Shown in pieces: positions 1-8,433 of a stretch of DNA of 64,000 nt. The notes under the pieces were generated by a model that worked only from the letters and a program-made list of their open reading frames with translations, did not search any database and was not told where the DNA came from. Position 1 is the stretch's first letter. The number at the start of each line of letters is the position of its first letter. This DNA comes from an uncultured Anaerolineaceae bacterium (GTDB lineage: Bacteria > Chloroflexota > Anaerolineae > Anaerolineales > UBA4823), in contig CAZWFQ010000003.1 of the NCBI GenBank assembly GCA_964633225.1, forward strand, positions 26,064 through 90,063, written 5' to 3'. A program made the translations under genes and the position numbers.

Positions 1-324
1 TTTACCTTGTGACCACAATTCTTCCAGGCGGTAATAATCACGCCGCTCTGGCGCAAACAGGTGCAAGATCACATCACCAAAATCCACCAGCACCCAGCCG
101 TCCTGCGCTTGTCCTTCCAGGCGGGCGTGCAGACCAAACTGCTTTTTTACGCCATCTGCAGCAGACTCAGCCAGCGCATGCAGCATGCGGTCGCTGGTGC
201 CAGTGGAGATTACAAAAAAATCGGCGAAAACAGCAATCCCGCGTATATCAAGCAGGACAATATTCTCGCCTTTTTTCTCTTCCAGAATATTCACAATGTT
301 ACGGGCAAGTTCAAGCGTATCCAG
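1..324 (-). CDS. rsfS: ribosome silencing factor RsfS (iojap family); C-terminus runs off the left window edge
   Basis: Absent from the ORF track because it is open at position 1. My reverse-strand translation: LDTLELARNIVNILEEKKGENIVLLDIRGIAVFADFFVISTGTSDRMLHALAESAADGVKKQFGLHARLEGQAQDGWVLVDFGDVILHLFAPERRDYYRLEELWSQGK. This fits the RsfS pattern (ADFFVI.TG.S.R, W.L.D.GDV..H.F....R.YY.LE.LW). An in-frame TGA at 328-330 caps the N-terminus. The exact start codon is unclear. Confidence 0.8.
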   Translation of the reverse strand, partial: MDTLELARNIVNILEEKKGENIVLLDIRGIAVFADFFVISTGTSDRMLHALAESAADGVKKQFGLHARLEGQAQDGWVLVDFGDVILHLFAPERRDYYRLEELWSQGK

Positions 325-361
325 AGGTCACCTCAATGTTCGTTTATAGGTTGAATTGGTT

Positions 362-943
362 TTATTCTGTCAACGGGGCAGCAACAACACGTGTGTAAAC
401 AGCCCCGCTGGGTTTCAAATCACTACGATATAAATATACTTCGCGGACGCAAGCCGCACCCAAAAAGCCTACTTTGTTCGTCTCCAACACCTTGCTGATG
501 CGAGTCACATCCTGAGAATCCACACTACGGCCCACTCGCCCCAGCGTCAGATGCGGAGAGAAAGAACGTTCTTCGTGTGCATAGCCCAGGCGCGACATGG
601 CATTTTCAACACCGCTCTGCACCGCCCCAAGCTCAGGGGGGGCCTCCAGGCCAACCCAGATCACCCGCGGCCGGCGGATGTTCGGGTAAGCTCCTGAGCC
701 GCCCACACTGATCTCAAAAGGATGGTGAGAGGCCACTTCAGCCTTTAAGATCTTGGTCAACATTTCCAGGGTGGCAACCGAAACATCGCCCAAGAACTTG
801 AGTGTCAGGTGGATGTTGGCTGCTGGCACCCAACGAATCGGCATGCCATCCAGTTGGTGCTTAAAGCCTGCCATCACCTCGTCCAGGCCCTGGCGGATCT
901 CAGAAGATAGATCAATGGCAATAAAAGCACGAATTACAGACAT
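362..943 (-). CDS. thpR: RNA 2',3'-cyclic phosphodiesterase (2H phosphoesterase, LigT/ThpR family)
   Basis: Two H-x-T-x motifs (HLTLKFLG and HLTLGRV) typical of the 2H fold. The ORF track gives 362-991, but the homolog-like N-terminus MSVIRAFIAIDL begins at the internal ATG at 943. Confidence 0.85.
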   Translation of the reverse strand: MSVIRAFIAIDLSSEIRQGLDEVMAGFKHQLDGMPIRWVPAANIHLTLKFLGDVSVATLEMLTKILKAEVASHHPFEISVGGSGAYPNIRRPRVIWVGLEAPPELGAVQSGVENAMSRLGYAHEERSFSPHLTLGRVGRSVDSQDVTRISKVLETNKVGFLGAACVREVYLYRSDLKPSGAVYTRVVAAPLTE

Positions 944-1000
944 ACATCCAGACTTCCCAACTGCAAGCACGGGGGATGTGAGGCCGAGCATAAGTGCCGC

Positions 1001-1387
1001 TTAGCCAGACTCGGCGATAACCTTTTCTACTGCTTTTTTAAGGTCTAGGAAAGAAACCGGCTTGGTCAGGTACATCGATGCACCTGCGTCCAGGCCATCT
1101 TTGATGTCAGATGGCAGCCCCTTGGCAGAGACAACAATGACCGGGATATTCTCCAGCCTGGGGTCGCGGCGTAAAAACCGCAGCACTTCCAGACCCGAGA
1201 TATCGGGCATCATCAAATCCAGCACAACTGCATCTGGCGATTCTCTCTGCAGCATACCCATTGCCGCCGCGCCCCCAAAGGACTTCAGCACACGATAACC
1301 ACTTAGCCGCATCATTTCAGCAAACATTTCGGCTGTATCGGGCTCGTCCTCAACGATCAGGATCGTGATTTGGCTTGAAGGCGACAT
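1001..1387 (-). CDS. stand-alone response regulator receiver (CheY-like)
   Basis: 128 aa. ILIVEDEPD acidic pocket, phospho-acceptor context VVLDLMMPDISG, and conserved LTKP lysine. No output domain. GAGGAG RBS upstream. Confidence 0.9.
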   Translation of the reverse strand: MSPSSQITILIVEDEPDTAEMFAEMMRLSGYRVLKSFGGAAAMGMLQRESPDAVVLDLMMPDISGLEVLRFLRRDPRLENIPVIVVSAKGLPSDIKDGLDAGASMYLTKPVSFLDLKKAVEKVIAESG

Positions 1388-1540
1388 TCCGCGTTGTTCT
1401 CCTCATCTGCACATGGTTTTCTCGCGATACAAGGTTTTACCGCGCACAAGACATGAAACACCTTGCACCAACAACTGGCTGGACGTTCGTTCTTACGATA
1501 GCACAAGACTTAAAAGAAATCAAGGGCAAAGAACCTGTTT

Positions 1541-2140
1541 TCAGGTTATTTTGGGCTTAAAGCGATCGTAATCGTGGGGCGTATCCAGGTCATGCAAAAC
1601 GCTGTCTGTCTGCACAGGCAAGTAAGCAATTTCAGCAGCATGTGCATTCAGAAAATCGCGCATGCTGCCCAGCCCTGGTCCAAGCAAATCTGCCCACAGT
1701 TTCTGCTCAACCAACCAGGGATGACCACGTCGCATCTGGTAGCTGGGCACAATCAGAGCGCTGGGGCTGGCATTGTATCTTTCTAACAAAGCCCTGACCA
1801 CGCTGGCCTCAATTTGCGGCTGGTCACCCAACACGATCAAAGCTGCAGGGCAGTCAACCGGCAGCGCAGCCAGCCCAACCTGTACCGACGAGAGCATCTC
1901 CCCATCGGCATAAGCCGGGTTCTCCACCAGGCGCACAGGCTGTCCTTGCAAAGCCTCTGTCACCTGCGCGCCAGCCCCACCCGTCACCACCACCACCTGG
2001 CTCAAACCGGCCTGGAGCAAAATGCTAACCACCTGACCAATGACAGTGGTCTGCCCCCAGGGCAAAACCATCTTGGGCTGGCCCATGCGCCTGGACTGAC
2101 CGGCTGCCAGCACCACTGCCGCGGCACTTGTTTGCGCCAT
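1541..2140 (-). CDS. mocA: molybdenum cofactor cytidylyltransferase (MocA-type nucleotidyltransferase)
   Basis: VVLAAGQSRRMGQPKMVLPW N-terminal NTP-binding motif, GDQP, RGHPWL and a C-terminal DLDTPHDY. This is the MobA/MocA fold pattern, and the gene is adjacent to XDH-family and yqe genes. Confidence 0.8.
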   Translation of the reverse strand: MAQTSAAAVVLAAGQSRRMGQPKMVLPWGQTTVIGQVVSILLQAGLSQVVVVTGGAGAQVTEALQGQPVRLVENPAYADGEMLSSVQVGLAALPVDCPAALIVLGDQPQIEASVVRALLERYNASPSALIVPSYQMRRGHPWLVEQKLWADLLGPGLGSMRDFLNAHAAEIAYLPVQTDSVLHDLDTPHDYDRFKPKIT

Positions 2141-2167
2141 CAGATAGCAGTCCTCATTTAGCCCTGT

Positions 2168-3553
2168 TCATCCTGCCAGCTTGCGGTAATCTTCTGGCGT
2201 GTCGATGTCCAATAGCAAGCTGACATCATGCCAGGGAAGCCACTGGACAGGATAGCGCGAAAATAACGCCCGCCCGCCCTGGTCACCGTCCAACGCCAGC
2301 AGGTCGCCAAAGGTCGTACGGTCGAACAAGACCGGGTTGCTGCGCTGTCCCCCCACCAGGGGCGCTATCAGCGGGGCCAGGCTGACACGATGCAGCTCCA
2401 CCAGAGACTGCACCAACCTGGGCGGAACATAGGGTTGATCAGCTAACATAAATATCGCCGCGCCCGTCTGCGGCGGCAGGGCCGATACCCCCACTCGCAC
2501 CGATCCACTCTGCCCGGCTTTCCAAGAGGCGTTTTCTACCACCTGAACCGGCAGCCCATCCAGGGCCTGAGACACCAACGAAGCCTGCGCCCCCACCACC
2601 ACAACCACAGGGCTCAGCCCAGCCTGTAGAGCAGTCTGCGCAGAACGGCGCACCAGCGGCACGCCATCCCAGGGCAAGAGCTGCTTAACAGGCGCTTGAG
2701 CCCCGGCTTGCCCAAAGCGTTCGGCCCCGCCCGCCGCCAGGATAATACCAGCTACTGGCTCATACGCCGCGTGGACGAACACCTCGCGGTCGGTTTCGGC
2801 CGCGTTCAACGGTGGCTGAAAACCTGCCACCACCACGCTGTGGAAGGCTTGCAGGAGCTGCGCCGCCATCCCACCGGCTTGCGCCTGGAGTAAGTCTGTG
2901 TTGGCCTGGCTGAGCAGCACGCTGCGCCGCGCTTGCGGCGGAATGTTCTTCAGGCCTCCCTGCGGGTGCACCAGCACAGCCGCCAGGGCCTGGGGGGTGA
3001 TCACCGAGCCTTCGGCCAGGCCGGATAGGGCGGCAAACTGCCCAGGACGGTGGACTGTTTCGGCAGACAGGGGCTGCCCCAGGCCGCTTAAGCCTGCCAC
3101 AACCACCACCTGCTCCACCCAGGGCAGAATAGCTGGCTCGTGTGCGGCTGGGGCCTTCAACGGGCGCATGCGCGATCCATCTGCCTCCAGCAGCAAGGGA
3201 AGGGCGTGAGCATCTGCCAGGCGCACCAATGCATCCAGGGCCTGCGGCGCAAGGCCAGGCAAACGATCCATTTCTCCCCCCGCCTCCGCCGGTCCGGTGC
3301 ACACCAGCACACCGGCTGGCAGATCTGCACCCAGGGCTTCCACCTGGGCTGCATGCTCTACCACCACATGATGATCTGCTGCCTGCACCTGCCAGGTCCC
3401 CAGGTGCGTGGTGGTGGTCAACAAGGCAGTTCGAACCTGGCCCGAGGCCACCAGGGCCTGCCCTAATTGAAAAAGCGTCGTCGTCTTGCCGCCCGCACCA
3501 ACCAAAGCCAGGCGGGCTTTTGAACTTACTCGCAAGGCGCGCCGCAAATCCAT
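2168..3553 (-). CDS. fusion protein: YqeC-like selenium-dependent hydroxylase accessory domain (N) plus MocA-like nucleotidyltransferase domain (C)
   Basis: N-terminus LALVGAGGKTTTLFQLGQAL...LLTTTTHLG matches the YqeC P-loop-like signature. From about residue 265, GIILAAGGAERFG...KQLLPW, LADQP, RSNPVLF and DIDTPEDY match a MocA-type domain. Single uninterrupted 461-aa ORF. Confidence 0.8.
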   Translation of the reverse strand: MDLRRALRVSSKARLALVGAGGKTTTLFQLGQALVASGQVRTALLTTTTHLGTWQVQAADHHVVVEHAAQVEALGADLPAGVLVCTGPAEAGGEMDRLPGLAPQALDALVRLADAHALPLLLEADGSRMRPLKAPAAHEPAILPWVEQVVVVAGLSGLGQPLSAETVHRPGQFAALSGLAEGSVITPQALAAVLVHPQGGLKNIPPQARRSVLLSQANTDLLQAQAGGMAAQLLQAFHSVVVAGFQPPLNAAETDREVFVHAAYEPVAGIILAAGGAERFGQAGAQAPVKQLLPWDGVPLVRRSAQTALQAGLSPVVVVVGAQASLVSQALDGLPVQVVENASWKAGQSGSVRVGVSALPPQTGAAIFMLADQPYVPPRLVQSLVELHRVSLAPLIAPLVGGQRSNPVLFDRTTFGDLLALDGDQGGRALFSRYPVQWLPWHDVSLLLDIDTPEDYRKLAG

Positions 3554-3554
3554 C

Positions 3555-4367
3555 TTAACTCCAAAAATTTTGGCGCAGCTCTGGGCGTGAGAGCATGGCT
3601 TCTAATACTGCCCCACCCACTGCCAGGGCCTTATCTGAAACCAGCCTGCACAACTCCGGGTCCGAACGCGGATCCACGTCACCGATCTTCAAATCCTTTG
3701 TCACCGGCACATCTGGATGGATCAACCCGCGCACCAGGCCGGCAAAAGGTGCTCTCACCGGCTGCCCCCCCACCTCTGCCAGCAGTTGGCCCGCTTCCAC
3801 CAGATCACCAATTTGAACGTGCAGGGTAATGGCACCATCCGCCGGGGCGCGCAGCACGCGCTCTCCGCGATGTTCACCCACGGCACCAGGCGTACCGCTG
3901 TCGGGGGCAGGAGCACCCTGCCACAAGACACGCCCCAGGTTGTGACCGCGCTGCGTTTCGATGACGGCGTGGCAGTTGTCGCCGGCAACAAAACCCGGCC
4001 CCAACCCAATGAATAACTGGGCGTTGTGGCGTAAGGCTTCGGGCGCTTGCTTGAGCATCCGAGCATCCACGATCACGCTGGGGTGCAGCGAATGAACCGA
4101 TTTACCATCCGGATCTACCAACACAGGGATAGCCCCTTTAGAAAACACTTGCAAGATCTTGAGCGTATCCCCCACATCGGTCACACACCGGGCAGTCAGG
4201 CCTTCGATCACCATCTCACCCTGATAAACGGCCTCGCTAAAGCTCACCGTACGGCGCACAGCCAGGGGCTGTGGCAGTTCTGTGATCGCCACGCGCAAGC
4301 CGGCCCGGTGCAGCCGCAGGGCCACCCCGCTTGCCAGGTCTCCGCCACCGCGCAGCAACACAATCAC
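3555..4367 (-). CDS. yqeB: YqeB-family selenium-dependent molybdenum hydroxylase system protein
   Basis: N-terminus [51 protein letters not shown] is the signature I recognise for the short YqeB/EF2563 family. The start overlaps the stop of the upstream XDH-family gene by 4 nt. Confidence 0.8.
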   Translation of the reverse strand: MIVLLRGGGDLASGVALRLHRAGLRVAITELPQPLAVRRTVSFSEAVYQGEMVIEGLTARCVTDVGDTLKILQVFSKGAIPVLVDPDGKSVHSLHPSVIVDARMLKQAPEALRHNAQLFIGLGPGFVAGDNCHAVIETQRGHNLGRVLWQGAPAPDSGTPGAVGEHRGERVLRAPADGAITLHVQIGDLVEAGQLLAEVGGQPVRAPFAGLVRGLIHPDVPVTKDLKIGDVDPRSDPELCRLVSDKALAVGGAVLEAMLSRPELRQNFWS

Positions 4368-6583
4368 GGCTGCCCCAGCTTTCCCAGCCCGCGCAACACT
4401 CGTTCAGGAGTCAGCGGAAATTCATAGAACCACACCCCGGTAGCATCGTGCAGTGCAGCCATCACCGCCGGCACCAGGGGCAAGAAGGGCATTTCGCCCA
4501 TGCCGCGCGCCCCATACGGCCCAATGGGATCGGCATATTCCAGGATCAGAGAATGTACAGCATCAGGAACATCCAATACGGTGGGGATGAGGTAGGTGGA
4601 CAGGGTGGAGGTTTTCACATACCCGTCCTGCTGGACGAAATTCTCCAACACGGCATGACCGCCAGCCTGCACCACAGCCCCTTCGATCTGCCCCTGCACG
4701 TTCTGCGGGTTGACCGCCTTGCCCACATCGTCGGCCGAGATCACCTCCACAATGTGCACATGGCCAGTTTCGGTATCCACCTCCACCGTTACAGCCTGGG
4801 CTACGTAACCATAGGCAAAGTTCGGCTCCGACTTGCCCGTCTGAGGGTCAAATGGGGTGGTGCGAGGCGGGCGGTATTGGTAGGTGGCAATTGCCGGACG
4901 TTCCTCCGCCTGCCACTTGGCCAAGGCTTGCTCGCAGGCGCCCTTAATGGAATTGCCCGCCATGAAGGTCATGCGCGAGGCCGAAACACTGCCCGAATTC
5001 TGCGTGGTGGCTGTATCCGAAACGACCAACTCCACCTTGTCAAAGGGCAGCCCCAGGGTTTCGGCAGCCATCTGCGCCATCACCGTATGCGTCCCCTGAC
5101 CCACTTCAGCGCCGGCATGGTACAGCACAGCCCGTTCGATCTCAGCGCGGCCATGCAGCGCCACCGTAGCCGTGCACTGCTCTGGGGCACCAAAGGAAAA
5201 ACCGACGTTCTTAAAGGCACAAGCAAAGCCGTGCCCGCGCAAGCGCGGCGGGCGGGCGGGCTCGGCAGCCAAAGCCTGCACCCGCTCTTGCTGTTTCAAG
5301 GCACATTGATCTACCACCTGCCGGATGGTGACCCCCTTAGGCAAGGGCGTACCCACCGACAGCAGAGAACCTTCGCCTAACAAGTTACGCCGGCGCAGCT
5401 CAATCGGATCCATGCCCAGAGCTTCAGCCAGGCGATTCATCTGCATTTCAGCTTCAAAGGCGCCCTGCGGGCCGCCAAAGCCGCGGAAAGCGCCATTGGG
5501 CAGGTTGTTGGTATAGACAGCGTACGAGTCCACCTTCACATTGGGGATCTCATACGGGCCGGTGCACATCAGGGTGGCATTGCCCAACACCTTGGGAGAT
5601 GTGTACACATACGCGCCGCCGTCAGAAATCACTTCCACATCAGCCGCCAACAGTTTACCTTCTCGCGTGGCTCCCCAGCGCGCCCGCAAGATGTAAGGAT
5701 GGCGTTTGTGATGCCCAATGATCGACTCTTCCCGAGTCCAGATGATTTTCACCGGTCGGTGAATGCCGCGCTGGCTCAGCCGCCAGGCCGCCAACGCCAG
5801 CACAATCTGCACCGACATATCCTCACGACCGCCAAACGCCCCCCCAATGGCCGGATAAATGACACGCACTTGCTCTTCTGGCAGGCCTAGCGAGTGCGCA
5901 ATTTGTTCGCGGTCTTCATGCGCCCACTGCCCTGCCACCTGGACGGTCACCCGCCCTTCTTCGTCCATGTAAGCCACCCCGGCCTCGGGCTGCAAATAGA
6001 CGTGCTCCTGCGCGGGCGTGTGATACTCGCCTTCGACGATCACATCTGCTTGCGCAAAAGCGGCCTCCACATCCCCTTTGCGGATGCGGAAATGGGTAAA
6101 AGTGTTCGAATCCGGCCGGTCAACCCCTTCTCTTCCAGGGTGCAAGTGCGGTGCGCCGGGTTTCATCGCCTCCAGCACATCAGTCACCACCGGCAGGTCT
6201 TCATAATCTATCCGGATCAGGTCACGCGCCTGGGCGGCAATCTCTTCACTCTCTGCCACCACCAAAGCCACCTGGTCTCCCACAAAACGCACCCGGTCAG
6301 CATACGGGATGCTAGAGCCAGGGCCGCACAGTACCGGTTGGTCTGCCACACCCAGGCCATATTCGTTGACCGGCACATCCTTCGCAGTGAACACCGCCAA
6401 CACGCCGGGCAAGGCCTCTGCCTGGGCGGTTTCAACAGCCCGCACAATGGCATGCGGCCGGTGAGCAAAAAGGATTTTCATATAAGCCTGGTTGGGCAGG
6501 TTGATATCGCCAGGGTAAAGGGCCTGGCCCAAGACTTTGCTGCGAGCATCCACCCGCGTGACAGATTGACCAACAATTGACAT
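4364..6583 (-). CDS. xanthine dehydrogenase family molybdopterin-binding catalytic subunit (enzyme A); no Fe-S or FAD domain
   Basis: 739 aa with motifs [31 protein letters not shown] and GMGEMP (catalytic Glu). A GAGGAG RBS overlaps the stop of the upstream ABC gene. Confidence 0.92.
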   Translation of the reverse strand: MSIVGQSVTRVDARSKVLGQALYPGDINLPNQAYMKILFAHRPHAIVRAVETAQAEALPGVLAVFTAKDVPVNEYGLGVADQPVLCGPGSSIPYADRVRFVGDQVALVVAESEEIAAQARDLIRIDYEDLPVVTDVLEAMKPGAPHLHPGREGVDRPDSNTFTHFRIRKGDVEAAFAQADVIVEGEYHTPAQEHVYLQPEAGVAYMDEEGRVTVQVAGQWAHEDREQIAHSLGLPEEQVRVIYPAIGGAFGGREDMSVQIVLALAAWRLSQRGIHRPVKIIWTREESIIGHHKRHPYILRARWGATREGKLLAADVEVISDGGAYVYTSPKVLGNATLMCTGPYEIPNVKVDSYAVYTNNLPNGAFRGFGGPQGAFEAEMQMNRLAEALGMDPIELRRRNLLGEGSLLSVGTPLPKGVTIRQVVDQCALKQQERVQALAAEPARPPRLRGHGFACAFKNVGFSFGAPEQCTATVALHGRAEIERAVLYHAGAEVGQGTHTVMAQMAAETLGLPFDKVELVVSDTATTQNSGSVSASRMTFMAGNSIKGACEQALAKWQAEERPAIATYQYRPPRTTPFDPQTGKSEPNFAYGYVAQAVTVEVDTETGHVHIVEVISADDVGKAVNPQNVQGQIEGAVVQAGGHAVLENFVQQDGYVKTSTLSTYLIPTVLDVPDAVHSLILEYADPIGPYGARGMGEMPFLPLVPAVMAALHDATGVWFYEFPLTPERVLRGLGKLGQP

Positions 6584-6595
6584 ATGGTTAACTCC

Positions 6596-8422
6596 TCATA
6601 AGGTGATACCTGGCTGTGCTGCCGGATCTAATAAATTATACGCCTGTTCAAGCTGGTGGCGGAACTGTTGTGTATACAGGCGGTAATATTTGCCACGCAG
6701 CCGCAGCAGTTCCGTATGACTACCCATCTCTGCAATGCGTCCATCTTCGATCACCAAGATGCGGTCGGCGCGCTTGATGGTAGACAGGCGGTGGGCAATA
6801 ATAAAGCTGGTACGGCCTTTCATCAAGTTATCCATGCCGCGTTGGATCAGGGATTCGGTCAACGTATCCACCGAGCTGGTAGCTTCATCCATGATGAACA
6901 ATTCTGGCTTTGCCAACACGGCGCGTGCCAGGCTGATGAGCTGCTTTTGGCCTACCGACAACAGGCCGCCGCCCTCCCCAACTTGTTCTTCATATCCCTT
7001 TTCAAAGCGCACAATGAAATCGTGTGCGCCGGCCATCCTGGCAGCATCTTCTACATCTGCGTCTGATGCATCCAGGCGCCCATAGCGGATATTCTCGCGG
7101 ATCGTACCCGAGAACAGGTGCGGCGTTTGCAGCACCACACCAATGCGCGATTGGATGCCATGCAGGGTGTACTCGGTATAATTGCGCCCGTTCAAGCGCA
7201 CCACACCGCGCTTGGGTTCATAGAAACGGCAGAGGAGATTGACAATCGTGCTTTTGCCGCCGCCAGTTGGTCCCACCAGGGCAATCATCTCGCCCTGTTT
7301 GACCTTGAGCGAAAAATCGCTCAGCACCGGTTTGCCGTCTTCATAGTAGAAGTCGACATGTTCGAACTCGATTTCGCCCCCCAGCGTGCCAGGGTCAAGC
7401 GCTCCGGGCTGATCGCTGACCTCAGGCTTCGAATCCAGCAAGGTAAAAATGCGTTCAGCCGAGGCAATCGAGTGCTGCATTTCAGCATACACGCGCGCCA
7501 GGTCTTGCACCGGCCACAGCATAAAGGTCAGGTAGGAAACAAAAGCCTGGATACCGCCCAATGTGATCAATCCCAACTGAGCTTGCATCCCGCCATAGCC
7601 AATGATCAGCCCCAGCGCTAACGCCGCAATGATCTGCACCGTAGGCAAGAAAAGCGCCGAAAGCCAGGCTGCCCGGTAGCTGGAACGGTACATCTCACCT
7701 GTTAACTGGTCAAATTCTTTCAAATTCTCAGCTTCACGGCCCAAGGCCTTGACCACCCGCACCCCGGTAATGTTCTCATTGTAAGCGCCGGTGATCTTCG
7801 AGTTGACCTTGCGCGCATTGCGAAACTCCAGCAGGATGCGCTTGCGGAACTGTATGGCGATCACCACCAGCACCGGCATAACGGCCAACACGATCAAAGC
7901 CAGCCGCCAGTTGATCACCAGCATGAAGATGGTAGAGGTGCCGATGTTCATCACCGCCCAGGTGCTGTCAATCAAGCCCCAGGTCACCAGGTCAGAGATG
8001 CGCACCGTATCTGAAGTCACACGGGCCATCAAACGCCCGACCGAAGTCTGGCTATAATAAGAAAGCGACAGGTCTTGCAAATGGCTGAACATGGCCCGCC
8101 GCAGATCGTATTGAATGCGCTCACCCAAGACGCCTGACATGTAAATGAATGAAAAGACGCAAAGCGCCTGCACCACCTGCAGCCCCGCATAGATCATGAC
8201 CAGGCGCGCCAGGGCGTGGGTATCGCCAGCCACAATACCCTGGTCGACGATGTCCTTGTTCAGGTAGGTGAAAAACGCATCCACAACCGATGTGAGGGCA
8301 ATCATGCCCCAAAATCCTGCCACCCAACGCCAATGCGGCCAGGCCAGGCTGATGATACGGCGCAAGGTTGCGCCGGTCATCTTACCGGTATAATCTTCCT
8401 CTTCGAGATCAATATCTGCCAC
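6596..8422 (-). CDS. ABC exporter, fused permease/ATPase half-transporter (heterodimer partner 2)
   Basis: Six-TM type-I exporter N-domain. Walker A GPTGGGKST, signature LSVGQKQ, Walker B LFIMDEATS. Confidence 0.92.
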   Translation of the reverse strand: MADIDLEEEDYTGKMTGATLRRIISLAWPHWRWVAGFWGMIALTSVVDAFFTYLNKDIVDQGIVAGDTHALARLVMIYAGLQVVQALCVFSFIYMSGVLGERIQYDLRRAMFSHLQDLSLSYYSQTSVGRLMARVTSDTVRISDLVTWGLIDSTWAVMNIGTSTIFMLVINWRLALIVLAVMPVLVVIAIQFRKRILLEFRNARKVNSKITGAYNENITGVRVVKALGREAENLKEFDQLTGEMYRSSYRAAWLSALFLPTVQIIAALALGLIIGYGGMQAQLGLITLGGIQAFVSYLTFMLWPVQDLARVYAEMQHSIASAERIFTLLDSKPEVSDQPGALDPGTLGGEIEFEHVDFYYEDGKPVLSDFSLKVKQGEMIALVGPTGGGKSTIVNLLCRFYEPKRGVVRLNGRNYTEYTLHGIQSRIGVVLQTPHLFSGTIRENIRYGRLDASDADVEDAARMAGAHDFIVRFEKGYEEQVGEGGGLLSVGQKQLISLARAVLAKPELFIMDEATSSVDTLTESLIQRGMDNLMKGRTSFIIAHRLSTIKRADRILVIEDGRIAEMGSHTELLRLRGKYYRLYTQQFRHQLEQAYNLLDPAAQPGITL

Positions 8423-8433
8423 AGTATGTTTCC

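Noticed and set aside
9-398. Plus-strand ORFs 9-398 and 61-354 at the left edge.
   Set aside because: The minus strand of the same stretch translates into an unmistakable RsfS sequence. The plus-strand products are low-complexity shadows.
1531-1546. Short hairpin AACCTG-AAAA-CAGGTT overlapping the mocA stop codon, as a terminator separating mocA from the downstream response-regulator gene.
   Set aside because: The stem is only 6 bp and has low GC content. The following T-rich stretch is interrupted. This is too weak to call without transcript 3'-end data.
2760-3302. 180-aa minus-strand ORF, plus several overlapping ORFs inside the yqeC::mocA gene.
   Set aside because: It is out of frame with the 461-aa ORF that carries clear YqeC and MocA motifs, and it is Gly/Arg/Pro-rich with no motifs.
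4331-5380. 349-aa plus-strand ORF. Similar long opposite-strand or off-frame ORFs occur at 5894-6580, 8605-9468, 12005-12706, 14671-15336, 19533-20270, 35752-36450, 43487-44206, 44264-44983 and 61379-62665.
   Set aside because: All lie entirely inside well-supported genes on the other strand. Their translations are Arg/His/Gln/Gly/Pro-rich with no recognisable motifs. Long stop-free antisense frames are expected in GC-rich coding DNA.
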